From NCBI GenBank assembly GCA_963769025.1, contig CAVYKI010000003.1, forward strand, positions 1,280,001 through 1,344,000: a DNA stretch of 64,000 nt, read 5' to 3'. The notes beneath the pieces were generated by a model that saw nothing but the letters and a program-made list of their open reading frames with translations, did not search any database and was not told the DNA's origin. Position numbers and translations under genes: made by a program. The stretch comes from an uncultured Verrucomicrobiae bacterium. Its GTDB lineage: Bacteria; Verrucomicrobiota; Verrucomicrobiia; Chthoniobacterales; Chthoniobacteraceae. Below are positions 1-9,755 of this stretch, one piece after another (positions within the stretch are counted from its first letter, which is position 1; every line of letters begins with the position of its first letter).

Positions 1-820
1 CCGTCAGCGCCAGCCACGTGTGCGGGCCGAATTGCGCGCGGGCTTTTTCCGAGAGCGCGGGTCCGCCGGACTTTTCGCGGAGCAGCGCAAAGACGGTGCT
101 GCCGCTGCCGGACATGAGCGCGCCGGCGGTCTCCGGTTGTTCGAGCAGCCAGCGTTTCATCTCGGCGAGCTGGGCGAATTTTTCGAACACCGGCCGTTCG
201 AGATCATTCACGAGCGTGACGCCCGTCGATGCGTCTGCGGCGCGTAGGGCACGCCGGGGATTTCGAGCGAATCGCGCCAGCGCTGGTAGGCCCACGGCGT
301 GGGCACGCCGAAGGACGGCTTGATGAGCAGCAGCGGAAGCGGGCGGGGGAGCGCGGCGGGCTCGACGATTTCCCCGCGGCCGCGGCACCACGCGGCGCCG
401 CGTGCGAGGAAGAACGGGACGTCGCTGCCGATCCCCGCGGCGATGCGCGTGAGTTCCGCGTGCGGGAGTTGCGTTTCGAAAATCGCGTCCAGCGCGAGGA
501 GCGTGGCCGCCGCGTCCGAGCTGCCGCCGCCGAGGCCTGCGCCGTGCGGGATTTCCTTTTTCAAAAAAATGCGCACGTCGGGCCGGGTGCCCGCGGCGCT
601 GCAGAACGCATGCACCGCGCGGACGACGAGGTTCGTGCCGTCCACCGGCAGCGTCGTGTCGCTGCACGCGAAGTCGAGCCCTGCCGGCGCGGCGCTCGAT
701 TTCGAGCGTGTCGCAAATCGTGACCGGCGCCATGAGCGTCTCGATTTCGTGGAAGCCGTCCTCGCGTTTCCGCAGCACGCGGAGCGAGAGGTTGATCTTC
801 GCCGGGGCGGAAAATTGCAT
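1..820 (-). CDS. ispE: 4-diphosphocytidyl-2-C-methyl-D-erythritol kinase (3' end runs off window; frameshifts near 685 and 225)
   Basis: Begins MQFSAPAKINLSLRVLRKREDGFHEIETLM; contains KEIPHGAGLGGGSSDAAATL and GSDVPFF (GHMP kinase/IspE motifs); continuation NDLERPVFEK in another frame. Confidence 0.93.
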   Translation of the reverse strand, partial: MQFSAPAKINLSLRVLRKREDGFHEIETLMAPVTICDTLEIERRAGRARLRVQRHDAAGGRHEPRRPRGACVLQRRGHPARRAHFFEKGNPARRRPRRRQLGRGGHAPRAGRDFRNATPARGTHAHRRGDRQRRPVLPRTRRRVVPRPRGNRRARRAPPPASAAAHQAVLRRAHAVGLPALARFARNPRRALRAADASTGVTLVNDLERPVFEKFAQLAEMKRWLLEQPETAGALMSGSGSTVFALLREKSGGPALSEKARAQFGPHTWLALT

Positions 821-823
821 GGC

Positions 824-1374
824 TTATTGCGCCGTGGCGCGGCGCTTCAGCAGTCCGGTGAATTTCGATTTCCCGGGCTGGACCCGGCCCGTATCACCGG
901 CCTGCCCCTCGAGCCGCAGTCCGTGATTTGCCCAGTCGAAGATGCCGCCTTCGAGCACCTGGACGCGCGAGTAACCGCGTTGCACGAGGCTCACCGCGAC
1001 CGGAAATGCGTCGTCCCCGACAGCGTCGTAGATCACGAACGAATCCTCCGTCCTTTCCGGGAAATCCGAAGGACTCTGGCGTGTCCGAGACGGCCATGTG
1101 TCGCGCGCCCGGCAGGTGGCTGTAGTCATACTCGGCCTGCGGGCGCACATCGATGATGACCGGCTTCGGCCCCGTCGGTTTTCGCGAGCCAGCCCCTGAG
1201 TCCTTCCGAGTCGATGCGGCGGATGGCGGGGTAACGGTCGCGGAGGTCTTCCTTTGTCCGTTCCCAGCGCCACGGCAGGTAGGCGAGCCACAGCGCGAAG
1301 GCCGACGCCGCGAGCAAAGCCAGTAGCGTGACGCGAAAAGGCGTGAAGCGCTGGCGGGCGGCGCGTTTCTTCAT
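824..1374 (-). CDS. Membrane-anchored rhodanese-like domain protein (split over three frames)
   Basis: N-terminal TM segment, then IIDVRPQAEYDYSHLPGA, VIYDAVG and VQVLEGGIFDWAN rhodanese motifs pieced together from ORFs 1126..1377, 894..1148 and the tail of 824..2710. Confidence 0.75.
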
Positions 1375-1377
1375 CAC

Positions 1378-1744
1378 TTAGAACTTCACCGGCGCCCTGC
1401 GCTTCGTCGGGCCCGACTTGTTCTCCACGATGTGGGTGACGGAGCCGTCGAGCCGTATCCGCATGCCGATCTCCTTGTCGCCTTCGAGCATCATCGGCCG
1501 CGACCAGCTCACGACCCACGAGTTTGTGCCGCGAAGGAGCGAGTCCTGTTCGAGCACGATGGAGACGATGTGGGGCGCGTCCTTCCCGCGGGTCAGCGAG
1601 GTAATCCGCCGCGATCTTCGCGACCTTGAGGGCGTCGATCCGCGGCGCGTCCTCGGCGTGGGCGGCCGGCAGAAGGGCCAGCGCGCCGAGCACGATGGCG
1701 GCGCACTTTGCATGGCAGGAATGGAAGAGGGATGCGTGTTTCAT
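1378..1744 (-). CDS. Hypothetical secreted protein (frameshift near 1595)
   Basis: ATG overlaps fba stop (ATGA); signal peptide ...IVLGALALLPAAHA; continues as TRGKDAPHIVSIVLEQ...RRAPVKF. Confidence 0.6.
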
Positions 1745-2710
1745 TTGCCGAGTGATTTCCTGATTTCCGGGATCGTCCCGGCGCTGCCGAGCAGCGTGTT
1801 CCGGCTGGCGATGAACTTGGCGTATTCGTCCATGAAGATCTTGCCCGGCGGGCGGAAGTCGAACTCGGCCGGCTTGTCGCGGAAAAATTCGCGATGCACG
1901 CGCGTCCAGACGAGGCGGCCGTCGGTGTCGATGTTCACCTTCGTCACGCCGAGCTTCGCGGCGGGGAGGTATTCCTCTTCGTTCACGCCGCAGGCGCTCG
2001 GGTCGAGCTTGCCGCCGGCGGCGTTGATGCGCGCGACCTCCTCCTTCGGCACGGACGACGAGCCGTGCATGACGATCGGCACGGGCGGCAGGCCCGCGGC
2101 TTTGATGATGTCGCGGATTTTCTCGATCACGTCGAAGTGCAGCGACTGCTGGCCCTTGAATTTGTAGGCGCCGTGGCTGGTGCCGATCGCCGCCGCCAGC
2201 GAGTCGCAGCCGGTCTTCTGGATGAACTCCACCGCTTCGTCGGGATTCGTCAGGCAGGCGTTGCCTTCGTCGACCACGATGTCCTCCTCCACGCCGCCGA
2301 GCATGCCGAGTTCGGCCTCGACGCTGATGCCCTTGGCGTGCGCGCGATCGCACGACGCGCTTGGTGATCTCGATGTTCTTCTCGAACGGATCGTGCGAGG
2401 CGTCGATCATCACCGAGCTGTAGAAGCCGGAGTCGATGCAGTCGTAGCACGTCTCCTCGTCGCCGTGATCGAGATGCACGGCGAAGATGGCCTCCGGGAA
2501 AATCTCCTCGGCGGTGCGGATGATCGCCTCGAGCATCCGCTTGTCGGTGTACTTCCGCGCGCCCTTCGAGATCTGGATGATGAACGGCGCCTGGCTGTCG
2601 ATGCAGCCCCGGAACAGGCCCATCGTCTGCTCGGCGTTGTTGATGTTGTAGGCACCGATGGCGAACTTGCCGTAGGCGACCTTGTAGAGCTGCGCGGTGG
2701 TGACGATCAT
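1741..2710 (-). CDS. fba: Fructose-bisphosphate aldolase class II (frameshift near 2350)
   Basis: FAIGAYNINNAEQ, VHLDHG, SSVMIDASH, AIGTSHGAYKF, VMHGSSS, TKVNIDTDGR motifs. Confidence 0.95.
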
Positions 2711-2903
2711 TCCCGCAAGTGGAAGTGCATCGCGCGCATTCCGGCAAGTGCAGAGTGAACCGAAACCGGCGCGGAAAACCGATGCCGCTCCTGTGGCGAC
2801 AACAAAAAAAGTGCGGTCCCGGGCGGATTTCGTGTTGCCTGCAATGTGCGGAAACGCGTAGTCAATGCGCCCGAAACCAGCACTCCACCCCTACCCAACT
2901 ATC

Positions 2904-3221
2904 ATGAAAACACGATTCAGAACACTCATCGCAGCAGTCTCGGGCCTCGTCCTTTGCGCGTGCGCAAACCCCTACGCCAGCCAGATCGCCGCGCTCGACG
3001 CGAACTATGCCGCCGGCAAAATCAGCCGGAGGAGCTATGTGGCCCAGCGCAACGAGCTGGAAGTGCAGAAGGCTCAGGTGGACCGTGAAAACGCGGCGCT
3101 TGCCATTGGCGTAGCTTCAGTCGGCACCCAGATCGCCGGCATCGCCACGCGTCCCAGCGGCGGTGGTGGGGGCGGACCTCGCGGTGGTGGTCCCGGCGGC
3201 GGCGGACGCCCCCCTCGCTAA
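2904..3221 (+). CDS. Small lipoprotein with Gly-rich C-terminal tail
   Basis: MKTRFRTLIAAVSGLVLCAC lipobox-like signal; followed by a terminator. Confidence 0.7.
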   Translation: MKTRFRTLIAAVSGLVLCACANPYASQIAALDANYAAGKISRRSYVAQRNELEVQKAQVDRENAALAIGVASVGTQIAGIATRPSGGGGGGPRGGGPGGGGRPPR

Positions 3222-3257
3222 CGGATTGACACTGCCACATCGGCAATCCTGACATTC

Positions 3258-3300
3258 GACGCCCGCGTTTGGCCCGTGCCGAGCGCGGGCGTTTTCTTTT
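3258..3300 (+). terminator. Rho-independent terminator
   Basis: 16-bp stem gacgcccgcgtttggc / gccgagcgcgggcgtt (with G-U pairs), 4-nt loop, then ttctttt. Confidence 0.8.
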
Positions 3301-3468
3301 CCGGAACCCGGCGGGTCGCGCACGCGCAGGGCTCGGCAGCCGAAACGCCGACGCGTGCACGGGCATCGAAGGATTGATTTTGTTCGTGCAAGCCGCGCGA
3401 CGGACGGCATAAGAACCGCTCTTTCCGGCGGGCCCGCCCGCCCAAATCATATCACTAGCCACCATTCC

Positions 3469-5688
3469 ATGAAACGCCGCCATCTCCACGCGCTGTTCGC
3501 GCCTGTCATCACCCTCGCCATCGCCACCACTTTTGTCGCTTGCGACAAGAAGACGGCTGACCAAACCGCAAAACCGCCGACAGCCCCGGGTGAAGCACCC
3601 GGCGCTGCGGAGAAAATCGTGGAGGCGGTCAAGGAAGTCGTCGCGCCAGCGACCCCGGCGGATCTTGCGAAGATCCGCGACGCATACGGCATCGCGGCAC
3701 AGCTCCCGAAGGACGTCGAGGCTTTCTCCGTGAACCTCCGGCTGCACGATCTCTGGGTGAAGCTGAGCAACAGCAATTGGTCGGCGGTGCTGGTCAATCT
3801 GCCCGTGCTCAAACAGGATCCGAAATTCCAGCAATTCCTCCAACAGTGGAACTCGCCCCAGGCGGCGAAGGCAAAGGATATTCTCGAAGCCCTGCTAGGC
3901 AACGAGATCGCCGTGGCATACCCGGCCGGCTTTACGGAAAAGGCGATGCCGTGGATCGACCTTTTTGCCGAGGTGCAGGGACTCCAGATGCAGCGTGCCA
4001 TCATGACCGCGATGAGCGGCGGCCGCCCGCCGGATTCGGCGAAGGTGCTCCGTGAAGCTGCGCCCGAGATCGTCCCCGCGCTGGTGAAATGCGACTTTCC
4101 GCCGATGTTGATCGCCCTCAAGGCCGCAAAGGCGAAGGCGGACATCGACGGCGGTATCGGCATGGCGCTCCAGCAGCTCGGCATGCGCCTGCCTCCGGGC
4201 GTGGGAATCGGCAAATTCAAACTCGCCGACAAATATGACTTTCAAAACGTCACCCTCAACGCCGCGAAGCTCATCGAGGCGATGCAGGAGGAGAAGATCC
4301 GCGCGCAGCTCGCGGACATGCTCGGCGACGAAGCCAAGGCCAAGCAGGCTGTGGAAGCATTGAAGAAAAAGACGATCGAAATCGCATGGGGCTGGGTGGG
4401 CGACTACCTGTTCGTCTCCTTCGGCGCCGACCATGCGCATCTCAAGTTCGCCGGCAGCGATGCGGACAGCGCGCTCGCCATCCCCACCGTCGCGCGCCGC
4501 GCCGCGCAGTTCCTCGACAAGAAGCCGCTCGGCCTCGGTTACGCGAGCGCCGGCATGTTTGAAAAGCTGCACGGCAAGCTCGAGTTTGCGGACGCGTTCA
4601 AGAAGATCTCCGATGAACTGAACGGCCTGCTCAAACCCGAGCAGATCACCGCCATGCAGGCGGACGTGACGCGCATCGAAGGAAAGGCGCAGGCCCTCTA
4701 CGCCGCGAAATTCGACCCGATGGTCAGCGTGAGCTTCTGGGAAGGCGGCATCCGCGGGGAAGGCTTTGGCGGGACGCGCCAGACAGCGTTCGACACCTCC
4801 AAGCCGCTCACCTTTGGCTCGCTCCTGTCGAAGTCTGTGTTCTTCTTTGCCGACGGGCGTTGCAACCCCGCCAATGAAGGAAAGTACGCCGACCTGATCG
4901 AGGAAAGCGCTGCGACCCTCTGGAGCTGGTACGAGAAGTACGGCCGGACGATGGTGCCGGAAAATGAACGCCAGGGCGCCGCGATGATCGAGGCCATGGG
5001 CGTTCCGATGGTGAAGGATTTCTGGGCCGCCTGCCGGACCATGGCGAAGGCGCTCGGCGACGAAACCGCCTTCGTCCTCGACCTGAATGGCAGCGTGCCG
5101 AAGATCCCGAATCTCCCGCCCGCGTTCGCCGACGGGAAAGTGCCGCGCATTGCCTGGGTGGCGGAGTTGAAAAACCGCGCCGGCGTGAGCGAGGCATGGA
5201 AAGGCTTCGACAAGATCATCAAGCAGGTTGCCGCGTTCGCACCGGGCGGCGCACCGATCCCCGCGCCGCAGTTGAAAACGGAAGGCGACGTGGAAATCCA
5301 CTTCATCGAGCCGCCGATCCCGACCGACGACTTCCTGCCGCACGTCGCGATCTCGAAGGATCGCTGGATCCTCAGCAGCTCGCCGAGTCTCACCAAGGAA
5401 ATTTCCTCGAAGGCGTCGGCCACCGGCGGAGCGCCCATGGGCAGCGAATGGCGCCTCCAAGTCCCCGCCGTCTGCGACCTCGCCGAGGCATGGCTGAAGG
5501 CCATCGACAAGAATCCGGCCGTCTTCATGCGCAGCAGCTACGACCAGCGGGAATTCGCAAAATTGCGCCCCACGTTCGGTGACTTGGTCCGGCTCGGCCG
5601 CGGCATCCAGTCCCTCGAATGGCGCGTCTTCAGCGAAGGCAGCGAGACGAGGAACAGCACCTACCTCAAGCTCGAGGACATCAAGTAA
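3469..5688 (+). CDS. Large hypothetical lipoprotein (~739 aa)
   Basis: Long clean ORF; MKRRHLHALFAPVITLAIATTFVAC lipobox; no catalytic motif recognised. Confidence 0.8.
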   Translation: MKRRHLHALFAPVITLAIATTFVACDKKTADQTAKPPTAPGEAPGAAEKIVEAVKEVVAPATPADLAKIRDAYGIAAQLPKDVEAFSVNLRLHDLWVKLSNSNWSAVLVNLPVLKQDPKFQQFLQQWNSPQAAKAKDILEALLGNEIAVAYPAGFTEKAMPWIDLFAEVQGLQMQRAIMTAMSGGRPPDSAKVLREAAPEIVPALVKCDFPPMLIALKAAKAKADIDGGIGMALQQLGMRLPPGVGIGKFKLADKYDFQNVTLNAAKLIEAMQEEKIRAQLADMLGDEAKAKQAVEALKKKTIEIAWGWVGDYLFVSFGADHAHLKFAGSDADSALAIPTVARRAAQFLDKKPLGLGYASAGMFEKLHGKLEFADAFKKISDELNGLLKPEQITAMQADVTRIEGKAQALYAAKFDPMVSVSFWEGGIRGEGFGGTRQTAFDTSKPLTFGSLLSKSVFFFADGRCNPANEGKYADLIEESAATLWSWYEKYGRTMVPENERQGAAMIEAMGVPMVKDFWAACRTMAKALGDETAFVLDLNGSVPKIPNLPPAFADGKVPRIAWVAELKNRAGVSEAWKGFDKIIKQVAAFAPGGAPIPAPQLKTEGDVEIHFIEPPIPTDDFLPHVAISKDRWILSSSPSLTKEISSKASATGGAPMGSEWRLQVPAVCDLAEAWLKAIDKNPAVFMRSSYDQREFAKLRPTFGDLVRLGRGIQSLEWRVFSEGSETRNSTYLKLEDIK

Positions 5689-5695
5689 TCCGCGC

Positions 5696-6430
5696 TCAGT
5701 AGCGCAGCACCCGCGCGAGAAACGTGCGGCATTCAGACGACTCCGGCGCGCCAAACAGGCGTTCCGGAGTCGCTTGTTCCACGACCTTTCCTTCAGCGAG
5801 AAAGACGACCGCGTCGCCCACCCGGCGGGCGAAACCCATCTCGTGCGTGACGAGGATGAAGCTCCGCCCCTCGGTCTTCAGCTCCTCGATCAGTTCGAGC
5901 ACCTCTGCCGTCATTTCCGGGTCGAGCGCCGAGGTTGGCTCGTCGAAAAGCAGCAGCCCTGGCTGCGCGGCGATCGCCCGCGCGATGGCCACGCGCTGCT
6001 TCTGCCCGCCGGAAAGTTCCGCCGGCCTCTTCATCGCGTGTGCGTCGAGGGCGAAGCGCCGCAGCGTCGCCATCGCCGTCTCCCGCGCCTGCTCCGGCGT
6101 GTGGCCATGCACCTTCTCCAGCGCGAGCGTGATGTTCTCCAGCGCCGTGAGATGCGGGAAAAGATTGAACGCCTGGAACACGACCCCCAGCCGCCGCCGG
6201 TGCGCCCGCAGCTTTTCCTCCGACGAATAATCCACGACCTCGCCATCGAACGCCACGCTCCCCGCGTCCGGCGCCTCGAGCCCGGCGATCGTCCGCAGCA
6301 CCGTGCTTTTCCCGCCGCCGGATGGCCCGATGAACACGACCGCGCGCGCATCGCCGAAGTCCGCTGTGACCCCGTCGAGCACCGTCTTCCCCGCGAAAGC
6401 CTTCCGAACGCCATCCAGCCGCAGCTTCAT
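5696..6430 (-). CDS. Polar amino-acid ABC transporter ATP-binding protein (GlnQ-like)
   Basis: GPSGGGKST, LSGGQKQRVAIARA, LLFDEPTSALDPE, VTHEMGFAR. Confidence 0.92.
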   Translation of the reverse strand: MKLRLDGVRKAFAGKTVLDGVTADFGDARAVVFIGPSGGGKSTVLRTIAGLEAPDAGSVAFDGEVVDYSSEEKLRAHRRRLGVVFQAFNLFPHLTALENITLALEKVHGHTPEQARETAMATLRRFALDAHAMKRPAELSGGQKQRVAIARAIAAQPGLLLFDEPTSALDPEMTAEVLELIEELKTEGRSFILVTHEMGFARRVGDAVVFLAEGKVVEQATPERLFGAPESSECRTFLARVLRY

Positions 6431-6434
6431 CGTG

Positions 6435-7424
6435 CTAGGTCGGATTCGCGCGGAGGGTTTCAGCGATGATCTCGTCGCTCGTCCGCCCCTCGGCCTCGCC
6501 CTCGAAGTTCAAAATGATCCGGTGCCGCAGCGCCGCGAGCGCGCCTTTCGCGATGTCCGCCTTCGCCACGTGGCACCGCCCATCCAGCAGCGCGTAGATT
6601 TTCGCCGCGAGAATCAGCGCCTGCGCGCCGCGCGGGCTGGCACCGTAGCGGACGAATTTCTTCGCGAGCGGCACCGCGCCCGGATCGTCCGGGTGCGTCG
6701 AAAGCACGAGCTTCACCGCATACTCCTGCACCTCGCGCACGAGCGGCACCTGCCGCACCACATCGCGCAGCGTCAGCACCTCCGCCGCGTCGTTCACGAC
6801 CTTCTCGACGTGCGGCACGGCGGCGCTCGTCGTGCGATCGAGGATCGCGTGCAGTTCGTCGCTGCTCGGGTAGCGCACCTTCACCTTGAAAAGAAACCGG
6901 TCGAGCTGCGCCTCCGGCAGCGGATACGTGCCCTCCATCTCCAGCGGATTCTGCGTCGCGAGCACGAGGAACGGCTTCGGCAGCGCGTGCTGTTGGCCGC
7001 CCACCGTCACGTGCGCCTCCTGCATCGCCTCGAGCAGCGCGCTCTGCGTCTTCGGCGTCGCGCGGTTGATTTCATCCGCGAGCAGCAGGTTCGCAAAAAC
7101 CGGCCCTTGCCGGAACTGGAACATGCGCCGCCCGTGCTCGTCCTCGTGGATGATGTTCGTCCCGACGATGTCCGCCGGCATGAGGTCCGGCGTGAACTGG
7201 ATGCGCGAAAACTGCAGGTTCACCGCCTCGCCGAGCGTGCGCACGAGCATCGTCTTGCCGAGCCCCGGCACGCCTTCGAGCAGCACGTGCCCGCCCGTGA
7301 AAAGCGCGACCAGCACGCTCTCGATCACATCATCCTGCCCGACGATCATCTTCCCCATCTCCTGCTGGATGCGGCGGAACGTGGTGCGAAATTGCGCAAG
7401 TCGTGGTTCGAGGGATTCGCTCAT
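6435..7424 (-). CDS. MoxR family AAA+ ATPase
   Basis: GHVLLEGVPGLGKT, RIQFTPDLMPADI, LLADEINRATPKTQSALLEAM, ATQNPLEMEGTYPLPEAQLDRF. Confidence 0.95.
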   Translation of the reverse strand: MSESLEPRLAQFRTTFRRIQQEMGKMIVGQDDVIESVLVALFTGGHVLLEGVPGLGKTMLVRTLGEAVNLQFSRIQFTPDLMPADIVGTNIIHEDEHGRRMFQFRQGPVFANLLLADEINRATPKTQSALLEAMQEAHVTVGGQQHALPKPFLVLATQNPLEMEGTYPLPEAQLDRFLFKVKVRYPSSDELHAILDRTTSAAVPHVEKVVNDAAEVLTLRDVVRQVPLVREVQEYAVKLVLSTHPDDPGAVPLAKKFVRYGASPRGAQALILAAKIYALLDGRCHVAKADIAKGALAALRHRIILNFEGEAEGRTSDEIIAETLRANPT

Positions 7425-7443
7425 GGTTGGAAAAAGTGTGCGG

Positions 7444-9072
7444 CTATTGCTTCGGCCGGATCGCCTGAAAGTAACGCCTGATGAGGAAGCGCGCGCCAAG
7501 CGGGATATTCTCCTGCGTCACCGCGTCCTCCGCCGCAGAAGACGCCGCGTCGTAGAGTTCCCGGTAGCGCCGCTCCGCCTTTTCGTCGCCCGCCGCCGCG
7601 CTCGGAATCAGCACGGAAAGCGACTCGCCATCCGCGAGCTGCCCGGTGGCCTGCTCCTTGCGCGCCGCGTCTTTCGTCGCGGCGGACTGTGCGCCGAACG
7701 GATCTTTCGTCGTGTCCTTGTCCCCGTCACTTCCCGGTTTTCCCGATGGTGAATTGAGACCGTCATCGGGCATCTCCCCCGGCCTTTCGCTGCTAGCGAA
7801 ATTCAGCATCGCCACCCTGCCCTCGCCGTTCGGGTCGCCGTCCTTGGGCTCGCCCGGTTGCGGCCCACCGCCCTGCGGTCCGTCTCCCTGCTGCTGATCC
7901 TTCAGGTTCTGCAACGCGCCCAGCAGCCGCTTCAAATCCTCGTCGGTCATCTTTTTCTGCGCGCCTTGCTGCTGCCCGCCTTTTCCTTCGCGCGCGACAG
8001 CCTTTCCCTGCTGGGCAAGTTCGTTCAACGCATCCGCGATCTGCTTCATCAAATCCTGCCGTCCGCCCGCCTGCTGCTGCAATTTCTCGATCTGCTTCGA
8101 CACCTGCTCGCGCCGTTCCGCGAGATGATCGAGCGCCTGCTTCAAGGTGTCATTCACCTGCTCCGCCGATGGCGCATCCTGCTCCGCCGCAGTCTGCGCG
8201 AGCTTCTTCGCTGCGCCCGCGAGATCGCCGGACTGCATGTCCTTCGCCGCACCGCGCGTCTGCTCGTGCTTTGCGAGCGCCCCGGCGAGCGCCTTCAGTT
8301 CCTCCGGCGTCGCAGCCTCGGGCCGGCGGAGCTGCTTCACGAGTTCCTCGAGGTTCGCCAGTTCGCGCAGCGCCGCCTTGCGCGCGTCCTTCCCGTCCGC
8401 GGCTTCCGCCCGCATCTGCAATGCACTCTGCCGCAGCCGCTCCGCGATCCATTTCATCTCCTTCTCGTTGGTTTCGTTCGCCTGGATTTCCGTGAGCTTC
8501 GCCATGCGTTCGATCTGTTTCACCGTGTCGGAAATCGCAGTTGTCTCCTCGGCCGCGCGCTGATCCTTCGCCGCCGCGGCATTCATCGCATTCCACCACA
8601 GCAGCGCGAGCATCGCGACCGGCACCAAAATCCACGGCAGCTCGCGCGGCAGGCGCACCGGCATCAGCGGACGCAAATTGCGCCCGTGCGCAAAGCCGGC
8701 GATTTCCTTCATCGCCAGCGACTCCAGTTCATTCGCGCCCGACTTCTCCGCGAGCCGCAGCCCGGTGACGAACCGATCCCGCGTCGCGCCCGCGCCGTCG
8801 AGCGAACGCGCCACGCGCTCCAGCCGCGGAAAATTCAGCACTGCGATCACCAGCGCCGCGAGCGCGCCGAACACGAAAGGCCACGTGAGCACGATCGGGA
8901 TGTCCGCCAGATTCGGACGAAAGCCTCCGCCCCACCACGCCACAGCCGTGAGCAGCACGAGGATGCCGAAGAAAAAGAGCGCGGCCCGCGCCGTGCTCCT
9001 CAGCAGATCGCCCAGCGCCATCCGCCACCGCAGCGCGCGGAGGGTGCGGAGGATTTCAGCGGCAGGAGTCAT
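7444..9072 (-). CDS. Membrane protein with long coiled-coil and Gly/Gln-rich tail, MoxR-associated
   Basis: Three hydrophobic segments, heptad-rich region, C-terminal ENIPLGARFLIRRYF; 19 bp upstream of moxR. Confidence 0.75.
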   Translation of the reverse strand: MTPAAEILRTLRALRWRMALGDLLRSTARAALFFFGILVLLTAVAWWGGGFRPNLADIPIVLTWPFVFGALAALVIAVLNFPRLERVARSLDGAGATRDRFVTGLRLAEKSGANELESLAMKEIAGFAHGRNLRPLMPVRLPRELPWILVPVAMLALLWWNAMNAAAAKDQRAAEETTAISDTVKQIERMAKLTEIQANETNEKEMKWIAERLRQSALQMRAEAADGKDARKAALRELANLEELVKQLRRPEAATPEELKALAGALAKHEQTRGAAKDMQSGDLAGAAKKLAQTAAEQDAPSAEQVNDTLKQALDHLAERREQVSKQIEKLQQQAGGRQDLMKQIADALNELAQQGKAVAREGKGGQQQGAQKKMTDEDLKRLLGALQNLKDQQQGDGPQGGGPQPGEPKDGDPNGEGRVAMLNFASSERPGEMPDDGLNSPSGKPGSDGDKDTTKDPFGAQSAATKDAARKEQATGQLADGESLSVLIPSAAAGDEKAERRYRELYDAASSAAEDAVTQENIPLGARFLIRRYFQAIRPKQ

Positions 9073-9164
9073 GGAACCCCGACGCTAGACGAACCCGCAG
9101 CCCATGCAACCGCCCGCTGACTCCCTCTTGCCCCGCGCGCCCCGTCCGTGCGATGGATTCGCCC

Positions 9165-9611
9165 ATGCAAATTCCCGTCACCGACCTCACCCAGCGCCCG
9201 CCGCGCAGCGTCCGCACCCGCCTCGGCGGCTATGCGCTGCTGCCGCGGATGCTCGACAAATGCCGCGCCGAACTCGCCGGCACCGCGGGCTCGTTCCATT
9301 ACGCCTGCCCGAACGACCAACGCATCCTCACCTTCCTCGGCATCGACGCCGACGCGCTGCGCACCGAGGTCGCGAGCGGCAAGGGTGACGGCGAGCTCCT
9401 CGCGTGGATCACGTTGAACCAGCGCAACCGCTACACCCCCGAGGAAATCGAGACGTGGAGCAGTTCGATGGACAAGCGACGCCCGTCGCCGGAGGACCGG
9501 GAGAAATTCGATCAATATCTCGCCGAGTGCGGTCCGAACCGCTGCGACATCCAATGCTGGCCCGAACTGCTCGACCTCGACGACTTCGTCTCCTACGGCG
9601 GCAAGGCTTGA
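9165..9611 (+). CDS. DUF5069-like domain protein
   Basis: DLTQRPPRSVRTRLGGYALLPRMLDKCRA...YACPND...ELLDLDD. Confidence 0.75.
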   Translation: MQIPVTDLTQRPPRSVRTRLGGYALLPRMLDKCRAELAGTAGSFHYACPNDQRILTFLGIDADALRTEVASGKGDGELLAWITLNQRNRYTPEEIETWSSSMDKRRPSPEDREKFDQYLAECGPNRCDIQCWPELLDLDDFVSYGGKA

Positions 9612-9755
9612 GCGTCAGGCTATGGCACGTTGCATGAAACAAGCGCACTTTCACGAGTGCGAGCGGTCGGGGCGATAGCGGCAAACTGTCAGGCAAGGCG
9701 CTGATTTTCCGTGCCGAGTGCGGGCGGATGGTGTCGATTCCCCGGCTCTCAAAAA

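Noticed and set aside
824..2710. 628-aa ORF suggesting an aldolase-rhodanese fusion
   Set aside because: The frame passes through the fba N-terminus, off-frame sequence, the start of a separate secreted protein and the rhodanese tail; explained by indels
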